Origin: an uncultured virus (IMG/VR IMGVR_UViG_3300000115_000010)
Taxonomy: Duplodnaviria; Heunggongvirae; Uroviricota; Caudoviricetes
Virus record (IMG/VR): IMGVR_UViG_3300000115_000010
Span: 1-64,000 of that record
Direction: 5' to 3' (one strand)
DNA: 64,000 bases
Shown here: one piece after another, positions 9,587 through 17,358 of the stretch
Layout: each line of letters begins with the position of its first letter
How positions within the stretch are numbered: position 1 is the first letter of the stretch
Translations under genes and position numbers: made by a program
Notes under the pieces: generated by a model
Database searches by the model: none
What the model was told of the DNA's origin: nothing
What the model saw: the letters and a program-made list of their open reading frames with translations, nothing else

Positions 9587-10252
9587 ATGTCTGTTCAAAA
9601 ATTAGTTACTAGTCTTAATAAAAAACTTGATGGTCCTGATTATGTAGGCGAAAAGAATAGACTATTTTTTGATCTTGCAACTAGATCATTTAGACTCAGT
9701 GACGGCGTGACACCAGGCGGTATAGTATTACAAGGCGGTGGTGGCGGAGGCGGCGGTGGTTTAACTGGTATTACTGATTTTGCAACTAGCAGTGTTGTTG
9801 AGCTTACTGATACTCAAATAACAATTACAGGTGCTACACTATTAGAATCTGACGAGACTATTGATCCTGTTACAAAATATGAATATGTGTTATACGGAAC
9901 AACAGTTAATAACACAGTAACAGAACTTTATAGAGATTCATTTAATAATAAAATTATCTTAGATAATAATACAACTTATTTTTATGAAATTGATGTAATA
10001 GGCAGAGGTAATGCAGGAACTAATCATGCCGCCATACAATTTACTGGTGCAATCAATGTTTCCAATAGTGGCATTATGAGTAAAATTAATGAACAAAAAA
10101 CTACCATTTCATCTGGGCCAGGATTTGATTTAGATGCTATAATTGGACTAACCTCCAATGATAAATCACTAAATGTATCTGGTAGTGGGAGACCATCTAC
10201 TACGGTTAGATGGACAGCACTTGTAAAATTAATTGAAGTCAAACAGATTTAA
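9587..10252 (+). CDS. Probable virion/tail-fibre-associated protein
   Basis: N-terminal GE...LFFD.....RLSDGVTPGG resembles Mtd_N/hyaluronidase-N fibre anchor modules; poly-Gly linker; beta-rich C-terminus. Confidence 0.55.
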   Translation: MSVQKLVTSLNKKLDGPDYVGEKNRLFFDLATRSFRLSDGVTPGGIVLQGGGGGGGGGLTGITDFATSSVVELTDTQITITGATLLESDETIDPVTKYEYVLYGTTVNNTVTELYRDSFNNKIILDNNTTYFYEIDVIGRGNAGTNHAAIQFTGAINVSNSGIMSKINEQKTTISSGPGFDLDAIIGLTSNDKSLNVSGSGRPSTTVRWTALVKLIEVKQI

Positions 10253-10322
10253 ACACATAGAATAGATAAATAAATATATAGGTACACAATATAGTGTAAT
10301 AAATTTTTAGAGGAGACCAGAA

Positions 10323-10577
10323 ATGGCTTTAACAACAAACGCAGCAACCAAAGCAGGCAACGGCTTAGGTTCAGTAACACAAATCGTTTCAGCAGCACCA
10401 GCAGATCAAGCGGCATTAGATGCATTTGAAAAAGCAGTAGGCGCAGCAGGACACAGCATTGCAGGTGTAGACGGCGCACACGGCGGAACAATGCACTTTG
10501 CAATCCAAGGTGGCGGTGCAGTAGCTAACCCAACAGGCGCAGAAGCAACAGCAATTGTTGCAACATTTGAAGACTAA
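10323..10577 (+). CDS. Probable highly expressed virion (decoration-like) protein
   Basis: Late promoter TAAATA at 10267/10271, GAGGAG SD, Ala/Gly/Thr-rich, strong codon bias, own terminator. Confidence 0.65.
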   Translation: MALTTNAATKAGNGLGSVTQIVSAAPADQAALDAFEKAVGAAGHSIAGVDGAHGGTMHFAIQGGGAVANPTGAEATAIVATFED

Positions 10578-10596
10578 GTTTTAGTAATACTAAAAT

Positions 10597-10625
10597 AAAA
10601 GCAGTGTTTCGGCACTGCTTTTTTT
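10597..10625 (+). terminator. Rho-independent terminator
   Basis: AAAAGCAGTG-TTTCGG-CACTGCTTTTTTT. Confidence 0.9.
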
Positions 10626-10661
10626 ATGACTAAATACAAGTAGAGTATATAGGAGATTAAA

Positions 10662-11009
10662 ATGGTAGCAAGAGCAACAAACAATTTAAATGCATTTGGC
10701 CACACAAATGGAATTGCCGAAGATGTAGAAATGTTTACAATTGATGGTGGTGCAACACTAGCCAACGAAACTAATCCAGGTGAAGCTATGGACGCAATTA
10801 CAAGATGTATTGAAGAATTTTCAAATATTATTGCAGTAGGAGTAGAAGATACTGCTGGTGCATTTCGTATTATGTTACATGGTGGTAAATGGACAGCGGT
10901 GTCATTACAGGCAGCATTAAGGGTATTAGGACCAACAGCAAACGGACTAAACGTTGGATCAAATAATTATGACTTGTCAGGTGCAACAGTAGTCGATTTT
11001 GAATTCTAA
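10662..11009 (+). CDS. Probable virion (decoration-like) protein
   Basis: TAAATA at 10631, AGGAG SD, small-residue-rich, followed by a terminator. Confidence 0.65.
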   Translation: MVARATNNLNAFGHTNGIAEDVEMFTIDGGATLANETNPGEAMDAITRCIEEFSNIIAVGVEDTAGAFRIMLHGGKWTAVSLQAALRVLGPTANGLNVGSNNYDLSGATVVDFEF

Positions 11010-11030
11010 ATTATAAAGAATATCCCCAGA

Positions 11031-11059
11031 AGAAGGCGCATTTCGATGCGTCTTTTTTT
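11031..11059 (+). terminator. Rho-independent terminator
   Basis: AGAAGGCGCAT-TTCG-ATGCGTCTTTTTTT. Confidence 0.88.
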
Positions 11060-11079
11060 ATGATTTCTTATAATTAAGT

Positions 11080-11128
11080 GTTGACACCAAGACGTATTGG
11101 TGCTATATGTAGTACATAGAAAACAACA
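11080..11128 (+). promoter_or_regulatory. Early promoter with palindromic operator; copy 1 of a 49-bp exact direct repeat
   Basis: TTGACA 11081, CACCAAGACGTATTGGTG 11085-11102, TGC-TATATG; identical to 11367-11415. Confidence 0.85.
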
Positions 11129-11147
11129 ATGTAGAGGGATTACTACT

Positions 11148-11354
11148 ATGTCAGAAGTACGTTTCAAACGTTTTGTACTAGTTTGGGAAGGCGCTAACTA
11201 TTGTGCTGCTAGCGAATATACTCCAGATGAATATCATCAAGCATTCGACAAACAAGAACGCACTCAACTGCTAGCAGGATATGAAGTTGATCAGTGTGTA
11301 GACTTAGAAGCGTTCTATCATCGCAAATCAAAAGAAGACTTTATGGGGCTATAG
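11148..11354 (+). CDS. Hypothetical early protein
   Basis: GAGG SD before ATG 11148; the longer track start lies inside the promoter. Confidence 0.6.
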   Translation: MSEVRFKRFVLVWEGANYCAASEYTPDEYHQAFDKQERTQLLAGYEVDQCVDLEAFYHRKSKEDFMGL

Positions 11355-11366
11355 TTTAAATAAGGG

Positions 11367-11415
11367 GTTGACACCAAGACGTATTGGTGCTATATGTAGT
11401 ACATAGAAAACAACA
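11367..11415 (+). promoter_or_regulatory. Early promoter with palindromic operator; copy 2 of the 49-bp repeat
   Basis: Exact copy of 11080-11128. Confidence 0.85.
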
Positions 11416-11430
11416 TAACAAAGAAGGAAG

Positions 11431-11748
11431 ATGAAAATGCAAACTCAGTTATCAACAGCAGAAACCGGATTTGGAATTTGGAACCGTTATGTTAATAAGT
11501 CAGGCTCTAATAAATCAATACGTTTTAGCTTTGAGCGTGAAACTCAAAACGGTGAGTGGGCATATGATCTTCCAATTTGGAATATCAAATATACAGAAGA
11601 TGGCTTTCATTATACTACAGTTGGTTGTGTTACAGCGTTTCCAGGAGATGGTGTACAAGCTACTATAAGAGGTTATGACACTGTTAAAGGTAAGATCCGT
11701 TTACAGTGTTTGAAGATGCAGTTGAAGCCGCCGCAGATTTTGATTTAG
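11431..11748 (+). CDS. Hypothetical early protein
   Basis: AAGGA SD, downstream of the promoter. Confidence 0.6.
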   Translation: MKMQTQLSTAETGFGIWNRYVNKSGSNKSIRFSFERETQNGEWAYDLPIWNIKYTEDGFHYTTVGCVTAFPGDGVQATIRGYDTVKGKIRLQCLKMQLKPPQILI

Positions 11749-11783
11749 AAGAGTTTTATAGAGCAGAAGAAGAGGAGATATAA

Positions 11784-11954
11784 ATGCAACTTAAAGGTGC
11801 AACCACTGTTTTAAATAAACAATGTGAATTTTTAGGAATGAACTTTGATCAACTGATTGAGTTTATCGAACGTGCTCCATTGGCACAAACTGAAACAACT
11901 ATCCGAGCTTACAAAGTGTACAAGCGAAACACAGGAAGTATGCACAATGAATAA
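11784..11954 (+). CDS. Small hypothetical protein (56 aa)
   Basis: GAGGAG SD, MQLKGATTVLNKQCEFLG... Confidence 0.55.
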   Translation: MQLKGATTVLNKQCEFLGMNFDQLIEFIERAPLAQTETTIRAYKVYKRNTGSMHNE

Positions 11955-11958
11955 GACG

Positions 11959-11987
11959 TTGACACCAAGACGTATTGGTGTTATAAC
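11959..11987 (+). promoter_or_regulatory. Early promoter with palindromic operator
   Basis: TTGACA-CCAAGACGTATTGGTGT-TATAAC. Confidence 0.85.
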
Positions 11988-12021
11988 AGTTATAGAGAAA
12001 CAGTACAGCTAGGAGGCTTAC

Positions 12022-12291
12022 ATGGCATACTTCACTCACACCGTAGATCCAGTTGGAGCATTTGTTGAAAAAGAATACGGCAACGTATTTGAATACAGTG
12101 TTAACAATGATCCTATTAGTTTCTGCGAAGACTTCCCACACAAGATATGGGTAAATGATGTTATAGGTCAAGGCTACCGTTATGGTGTAGTCAAGAAGAC
12201 TGTTGCGTATGTGTGTACTGACGAAGATGAGTTTGGTCTTCCTGTGCTAGAGAAATGGTACTTGAAAAAGAACAATGAATATATAAATTAA
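12022..12291 (+). CDS. Hypothetical early protein
   Basis: AGGAGG SD. Confidence 0.65.
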   Translation: MAYFTHTVDPVGAFVEKEYGNVFEYSVNNDPISFCEDFPHKIWVNDVIGQGYRYGVVKKTVAYVCTDEDEFGLPVLEKWYLKKNNEYIN

Positions 12292-12294
12292 TGG

Positions 12295-12323
12295 TTGACA
12301 CCAAGACGTATTGGTGCTATGGT
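12295..12323 (+). promoter_or_regulatory. Early promoter with palindromic operator
   Basis: TTGACA-CCAAGACGTATTGGTGC-TATGGT. Confidence 0.85.
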
Positions 12324-12355
12324 ATGTGTATAAGTTAAACAAAAAGGAACACACA

Positions 12356-12685
12356 ATGAGCTATATGATCGATAAATTCAATAACGGTGAAGTTAAAATG
12401 CAAAACGGCGCCGCAGGTTGGTTGTTTGATAGTGGTGAGTTTCGTCCGCTTATGGCAGATGCAATGGCAGAGCTTTTAGAAGCAGGACTTGTAGATATAC
12501 AAACAGTTGAAACAACCGCAGTAGCTCGTGAAGCTAGCTTGAAAGTAGTTTTTGCAGAATACAGAACAGCACAAGCAAATCGCAGTCCAGAACAAATTGC
12601 AGAAGAACGTATGATGGCAGCTGGTGCAATGGGGCCAGGTGTTGATATGGTAAATATATTCACAGGTGAAACTTACACTACATAA
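12356..12685 (+). CDS. Hypothetical early protein
   Basis: AAGGA SD before ATG 12356. Confidence 0.65.
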   Translation: MSYMIDKFNNGEVKMQNGAAGWLFDSGEFRPLMADAMAELLEAGLVDIQTVETTAVAREASLKVVFAEYRTAQANRSPEQIAEERMMAAGAMGPGVDMVNIFTGETYTT

Positions 12686-12696
12686 GGATTAATAAG

Positions 12697-12960
12697 ATGA
12701 AACGTAATTATAGAACAGCATTCAATGCACTGAAGAAAATGGGTGTGCCAGTAATCGAAGGCGGTTATAATGGCGAAGATACATTTCGTATTAGCGGTGA
12801 AGATAACGATACAGTTGTTTGGGCCGACTACTATGGTGAGTACATGAATGAGCCAGAATACTTGTTTGGTGTTAAGCGTGAAATTAATGATGTGCTGGAT
12901 ACATGTGGATTGTTTGCAGAGTGGATTAATCCAGGTGTGTTAGGTGTGTGCGAAGCATAA
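12697..12960 (+). CDS. Hypothetical early protein
   Basis: ORF track; SD AAGGA. Confidence 0.65.
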   Translation: MKRNYRTAFNALKKMGVPVIEGGYNGEDTFRISGEDNDTVVWADYYGEYMNEPEYLFGVKREINDVLDTCGLFAEWINPGVLGVCEA

Positions 12961-12986
12961 ATATTGTTAATACAAAGGATAATGTT

Positions 12987-13229
12987 ATGAACGAATTAGA
13001 TTTATTAAAACGCAATGCTGGTATCTCAGAAGATTCGCAAATGATTCAAGTTAGAGTAATAAACAGTGGATTCGGATCTGATCGAGGTATGATGGATGCA
13101 CAGATTATTAGTCAAGAATTAGACCATAGAATGATGCCCATTCTCAAAGTTAGAATTAAAGATGTTAATATGGGTGACCCTGTTGTTGCGGATTTCCGTG
13201 ACGGTGGATGGGTTGTGGATATGGACTAA
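12987..13229 (+). CDS. Small late protein with N-terminal LKRNAGI motif
   Basis: TAAATA at 12958, AAGGA SD, ATG 12987. Confidence 0.6.
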   Translation: MNELDLLKRNAGISEDSQMIQVRVINSGFGSDRGMMDAQIISQELDHRMMPILKVRIKDVNMGDPVVADFRDGGWVVDMD

Positions 13230-13787
13230 ATGCAAGATTTTTATATACTACAAAGAACAGATAAGCCACTTAATGCTGAAGTAATTCAGCGTTGGTACTT
13301 AACTGTTGACATGCTTGCACCAGAAGATGTTATTATGAGTGATGACGAAACTAATAGTTTTGTTATGGCTACACAAGATGATTCGTATTTGTACTTAATA
13401 CCGCTAGTAAGACATCTTACTGCTAACGAAGCAGAAGTAATTGTTGAAGGGTATATGAGAATTGCAGATCATGATTTTCAAATAGAATCAAGTAACGTAT
13501 ATCGTGTGAATGCAGACTTTGGTCATCCTTTTGATTATGACATTGATTTAGACGAAGGTGCTCGTAGTATATTAGAAGATACATATTCAAGACAGCAACA
13601 TAATGCTTGGATACAAGACAAGCAACACAAAGGCTGGCGCTACGGGTTAAATTTAAGTATGCAAGAAAAAACTCATCCAGCAATGCGTCCCTGGGACGAT
13701 TTACCAGAGTCTTACAGAAAACAGCCAAGTGCAGATAATAAACAACTAGTTGATTTTTATGCCAGTAATGTAAGCAAATTTAAATAA
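13230..13787 (+). CDS. RyR-domain-containing protein
   Basis: HNAWIQDKQHKGWRYG...KTHPAMRPWDDLPE is the RyR repeat signature. Confidence 0.8.
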   Translation: MQDFYILQRTDKPLNAEVIQRWYLTVDMLAPEDVIMSDDETNSFVMATQDDSYLYLIPLVRHLTANEAEVIVEGYMRIADHDFQIESSNVYRVNADFGHPFDYDIDLDEGARSILEDTYSRQQHNAWIQDKQHKGWRYGLNLSMQEKTHPAMRPWDDLPESYRKQPSADNKQLVDFYASNVSKFK

Positions 13788-13803
13788 CAATCTCCACTAA
13801 ATA

Positions 13804-13877
13804 CCTATGTCCAATAGTACTCATGAGAGGACTTATGCTGTACCCACAGCGTAGCGACTAGAACTCGCATAGGACTT
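13804..13877 (+). ncRNA. Putative structured cis-regulatory leader RNA (multi-stem junction)
   Basis: GC-richer intergenic region between late promoter TAAATA (13798) and AAGGAG SD, with helices GTCC/GGAC, TATGCTGT/ACAGCGTA, GCGA/TCGC and CCTAT/ATAGG. Confidence 0.55.
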
Positions 13878-13896
13878 CTTTTTAAGGAGAAAACAA

Positions 13897-14289
13897 ATGG
13901 GAAGACCACTACAGAAGAAGAATTTCGGTCCGCGAGCAGACGCTGCGGAAGCAGATGGCGCAGGCCAATGGGCACCAGCCGCATACACTGACTCACTATA
14001 TGGCGATGCCCATATAGTCAATCAAAAAGGTGCAAAGCGTTTTACAGTAGCAACTACTGGTCAACCAAACCAAGTATGTACACTAGTAGCAAGAATACCA
14101 AATGCGACTGGCGAAGTATCTATTAAAGTTAGAGATAGTGCTACACAAACTTACTTTGTAAGTAAGATTTCAGGTAGAACTTGCACACTTGTAGCAGATA
14201 CAGGAACACAGTTTTCAGATGGACAAAAAGTGCCTTGGAACCGTACCGGCGCTGTGGCCAACAAATCAGTTGTTATAGCTTTAGCATAA
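13897..14289 (+). CDS. Probable virion structural protein (MGRPL.KK.FG N-terminus)
   Basis: Late promoter, strong SD, beta-rich small-residue composition. Confidence 0.65.
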   Translation: MGRPLQKKNFGPRADAAEADGAGQWAPAAYTDSLYGDAHIVNQKGAKRFTVATTGQPNQVCTLVARIPNATGEVSIKVRDSATQTYFVSKISGRTCTLVADTGTQFSDGQKVPWNRTGAVANKSVVIALA

Positions 14290-14307
14290 TAAAATTATAA
14301 AACTCTT

Positions 14308-14354
14308 CCCTTAGTAAACACATAAATACTTTAAAGTTTACTAAGGGTTTTTTT
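14308..14354 (+). terminator. Terminator hairpin whose loop holds a TAAATA late-promoter motif
   Basis: CCCTTAGTAAAC / GTTTACTAAGGG 12-bp stem followed by T7. Confidence 0.7.
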
Positions 14355-14403
14355 ATGGAAGATCCAAACTAATGAGAATAAATACATTTGATAGGAAGTT
14401 AAT

Positions 14404-15006
14404 ATGGATAACATGAGAAATTTAATTAATTTAGTAGAGGGACGTCTTGAAGGCAATCCAGAAGTTAGTTACACAGATAGCGAAGGTGCATCTGCTACCA
14501 AAGTTGTAGCACAATTAAACAGTTATAAAAGTGGCGTGTATACTAAGTTAGCTATGAAATTAACAAGGCTAGAAGAAATTAAACAAGAAGCTAAAGAACT
14601 AACTGCTGAAATTAAGCAACAATCAAGAGAAAATGTTGCAGATTTATTTGATGCAGAAGATGCAGCAAGTACGAGAGTTGTAGATACATTACAATTTATT
14701 TTTACTATGACTAAAGATCCAAAAGCAACTGAAAGTCCACAATATAAAAAGATACTAGAAACACTCGAAAAACAATTTACACCAGAATTAACAGAAGTAT
14801 ATACTAGATTAAAATCAGAAATGGTTACAGTAACACAAAAAGCACCAGCCTTAAAAGTTGCAAAAAAAGAAGAATCAATACAAGAAATGTTAAATTTACG
14901 TGAGGGCATTGCTTCTATGTTTACTAAAATTAAAAATGCAGTTATGAGATGGGGACAAAAATATGACGCCAAACTTGATGCATTAAAGGCACAAGTAGGG
15001 ATGTAA
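14404..15006 (+). CDS. Probable head-internal protein
   Basis: TAAATA at 14379; MRNLINLVE N-terminus; coiled coil. Confidence 0.65.
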   Translation: MDNMRNLINLVEGRLEGNPEVSYTDSEGASATKVVAQLNSYKSGVYTKLAMKLTRLEEIKQEAKELTAEIKQQSRENVADLFDAEDAASTRVVDTLQFIFTMTKDPKATESPQYKKILETLEKQFTPELTEVYTRLKSEMVTVTQKAPALKVAKKEESIQEMLNLREGIASMFTKIKNAVMRWGQKYDAKLDALKAQVGM

Positions 15007-15008
15007 TA

Positions 15009-15383
15009 ATGAAAATTAATGAAGTGATACAAATAGTAGAAGAAGTTACGCTAGAAGATGATCAAGACTTCCATGAAGAATATGGCTATCTAGCATACAG
15101 CATTGATGAAAGTGATTTGTTCGAAGCAGAGTATCAAGGACGTAAAGTTAAACTAAACAAGCCAATGCGTGGCGATGTTAAAAAGTTTAAAGTATATGTT
15201 AAGAATAAAAAAGGCAATGTTATCAAAGTTAACTTTGGACACGGTGGTACTAGTGCCAAACGTCCAACAATGCGTATACGCAAAAGCAATCCAAAAGCAC
15301 GTAAGAGTTTTAGAGCAAGACATAATTGTGATAACCCAGGCCCAAAGACTAAGGCACGTTACTGGTCATGTAGAAAGTGGTGA
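15009..15383 (+). CDS. Basic conserved phage protein, probable internal head cargo
   Basis: MKINEV..VEE leader, then AEYQGRKVKLNKP...RKSFRARHNC...ARYWSCRKW. Confidence 0.75.
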   Translation: MKINEVIQIVEEVTLEDDQDFHEEYGYLAYSIDESDLFEAEYQGRKVKLNKPMRGDVKKFKVYVKNKKGNVIKVNFGHGGTSAKRPTMRIRKSNPKARKSFRARHNCDNPGPKTKARYWSCRKW

Positions 15384-15384
15384 T

Positions 15385-16458
15385 ATGAAAGCTGAAGATT
15401 TAAGGTTACCTGCAGCCGCGGCAGGATTAAGAACAGGTACTTCATTTAAAAAAGGTGCTAAAGCGAGTGGACCAGTGAGTCAAGCTACTTACAATCGTGA
15501 AATGGGAGCTTTAGCAAGAAGTAAAACAGCCGTAAAACCAACAAAACAGATTCCAATGCCAGGGCGTGGTGTAAATGAACTTAAAATAGTTAAGCCTAAT
15601 CCTAAGGATACCAAAGGTATTAAACGTAGTGATATGCCACAAGTGTCCAAAAAAGATTATCCAGAATTTTTTGAATACTTAAAATCTAACGGTGCTACTT
15701 TTGAGATGCAAAGAGATATTCCTGCTAACACATTCAAATCAACACAGGGTGAATTTAGCGATGCTGGTGTTGAGCGATCAATGACTAAACTACTCAAAGG
15801 TGCAAAAAAGAAACCAATTATAGTTAGTCAAGACAACTATATTATTGACGGACATCACAGATGGTTAGTTGCTATGAACTTAGGCAACAGTACAGTTGAC
15901 ACAATAAAGATAAGCATGGATGCAGATGAGTTACTAGCACTAGTAAAAGCATTTAACAAAACAAGTTACAAAGACATTTACAGTGAAAAAATAGATAAAT
16001 TTAATAAAGACGAACCAAACAAAAGTACAGTAGCAGTACCAGGTTACGGTACTATGAACATTGATAGTTTGATGAAAAATGTAATCGATCAAACAACACA
16101 AATGTTAACTCAGATGAAACAAGGCACTCAGGGTTTTCGTAATGCAAATTATGCACTTAACAGTAATAAGGTGTTAGCAGCTAAAGTTGGAGCATTAGTA
16201 CAAGCATTAGATGACCTACAATCAATTCGTAGTAAAGGCGGATCAAATAGTAGAAATATACAGCAAGAAGCAGAAAGCGATAATGAATTGCCAGTTGATG
16301 AAAATGCTATTATGTCTAAAATACAAGAATTTGAGAGCCAAGAATATGTTACACCAGAAGACGCTGACTTTATGAGAAGAGCTGTACAAAGTTTAACATC
16401 TGGTAGACAAACAATTAATCCACGAGCTATACTACAGTTATTAACACTGGTATCATGA
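15385..16458 (+). CDS. Multi-module protein with ParB/Srx-like domain
   Basis: PIIVSQDNYIIDGHHRW motif; ATG 15385 directly after the previous stop (track start 15169 overlaps another gene). Confidence 0.7.
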   Translation: MKAEDLRLPAAAAGLRTGTSFKKGAKASGPVSQATYNREMGALARSKTAVKPTKQIPMPGRGVNELKIVKPNPKDTKGIKRSDMPQVSKKDYPEFFEYLKSNGATFEMQRDIPANTFKSTQGEFSDAGVERSMTKLLKGAKKKPIIVSQDNYIIDGHHRWLVAMNLGNSTVDTIKISMDADELLALVKAFNKTSYKDIYSEKIDKFNKDEPNKSTVAVPGYGTMNIDSLMKNVIDQTTQMLTQMKQGTQGFRNANYALNSNKVLAAKVGALVQALDDLQSIRSKGGSNSRNIQQEAESDNELPVDENAIMSKIQEFESQEYVTPEDADFMRRAVQSLTSGRQTINPRAILQLLTLVS

Positions 16459-17303
16459 AAGCATTTGAAATCATAAATGAACGTGTTCAACAACGTACAC
16501 AGATTATGTATCATGGTACTAGCACTAACTTAATACCTAGTATTAAGTCTAACGGATTATTAGCAACACCACCAAAGAAAACATATGATAAAGACACGTA
16601 TGGTGCAAGTACTGCGAGTATGGGTGGTGTATATGTTGCTAGTGAGAAAGGCTTTGCATTAGAAGTTGCTCGTGAAGCAGTTGGCACACATGGTGGCGAA
16701 AAGGCACTAGTTACAATACAATATGTAAAAGGTTCAGGAGATCTTGACGAGGATGAAATAGTTGCTAGTATTAGTGATGCTGCCCAGCAAATAATGAGAA
16801 AACTATCTGCTAACGCACCTAATAAAAGACCAGATATCATACCAAGTGGAATGAAGTTTAAAGATGAGACGCCTGATCGTTATTCTGGAATGAGCTATCC
16901 AGATCAAGGATGGGCTGCTGATTGGATGGTTAGTAATATAGATAAATCTGCAACTCAAATTGCTACACGAACAATAGAAATACTACAGAAAAAATCCAAC
17001 CCAAGTAAGCAAGCTATTTCTATAGTAAAACAAATGGCAACTAAATTATTACAGTCAGCTAGTAAAGTTGAAGACGCATATGGCAGATCAAGAGCCATCG
17101 GATTTGATGCGTATGATACTTTTAGAGAAAATATGGAAGATTTATTATCAGTATTAATGCAGCAAGTTAATCCTGATACTGCTAATAAGAGTGCAGAATC
17201 AAGACGTATTAATAGAGATGTAAAGTTTAAAGGTAAAACAAGAATACTACAAATTGAATCTCCTGTTGGCAATATTGTATATAAAGATGCAAATTTTAAT
17301 TGA
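16455..17303 (+). CDS. ADP-ribosyltransferase-fold protein, probable internal head cargo
   Basis: MKAFEIINE leader; MYHGTS...I...GL...GGVYVA pattern of H-type ART folds. Confidence 0.55.
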   Translation: MKAFEIINERVQQRTQIMYHGTSTNLIPSIKSNGLLATPPKKTYDKDTYGASTASMGGVYVASEKGFALEVAREAVGTHGGEKALVTIQYVKGSGDLDEDEIVASISDAAQQIMRKLSANAPNKRPDIIPSGMKFKDETPDRYSGMSYPDQGWAADWMVSNIDKSATQIATRTIEILQKKSNPSKQAISIVKQMATKLLQSASKVEDAYGRSRAIGFDAYDTFRENMEDLLSVLMQQVNPDTANKSAESRRINRDVKFKGKTRILQIESPVGNIVYKDANFN

Positions 17304-17328
17304 CAGTTAATACTCGATAGTATACAAC
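17300..17328 (+). promoter_or_regulatory. Sigma70-type promoter for the CCA-adding enzyme gene
   Basis: TTGACA-17 bp-TACAAC. Confidence 0.5.
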
Positions 17329-17358
17329 ATAGTAGTACATATAATCTAGGTAATCAAA

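Noticed and set aside
9587..10252. Diversity-generating retroelement target (Mtd-like N-terminus)
   Set aside because: No reverse transcriptase and no template/variable repeat pair in the window.
11085..11102. Palindrome as a parS site for the ParB-like protein
   Set aside because: Only the central ACGT resembles parS, most copies are fixed in promoter spacers, and the ParB-like ORF shows no evident HTH.
11080..12323. CRISPR array or mini-array from the repeated palindromic sequence
   Set aside because: Copies are about 290-590 bp apart, separated by whole ORFs, and coincide with -35/-10 elements; no cas genes.
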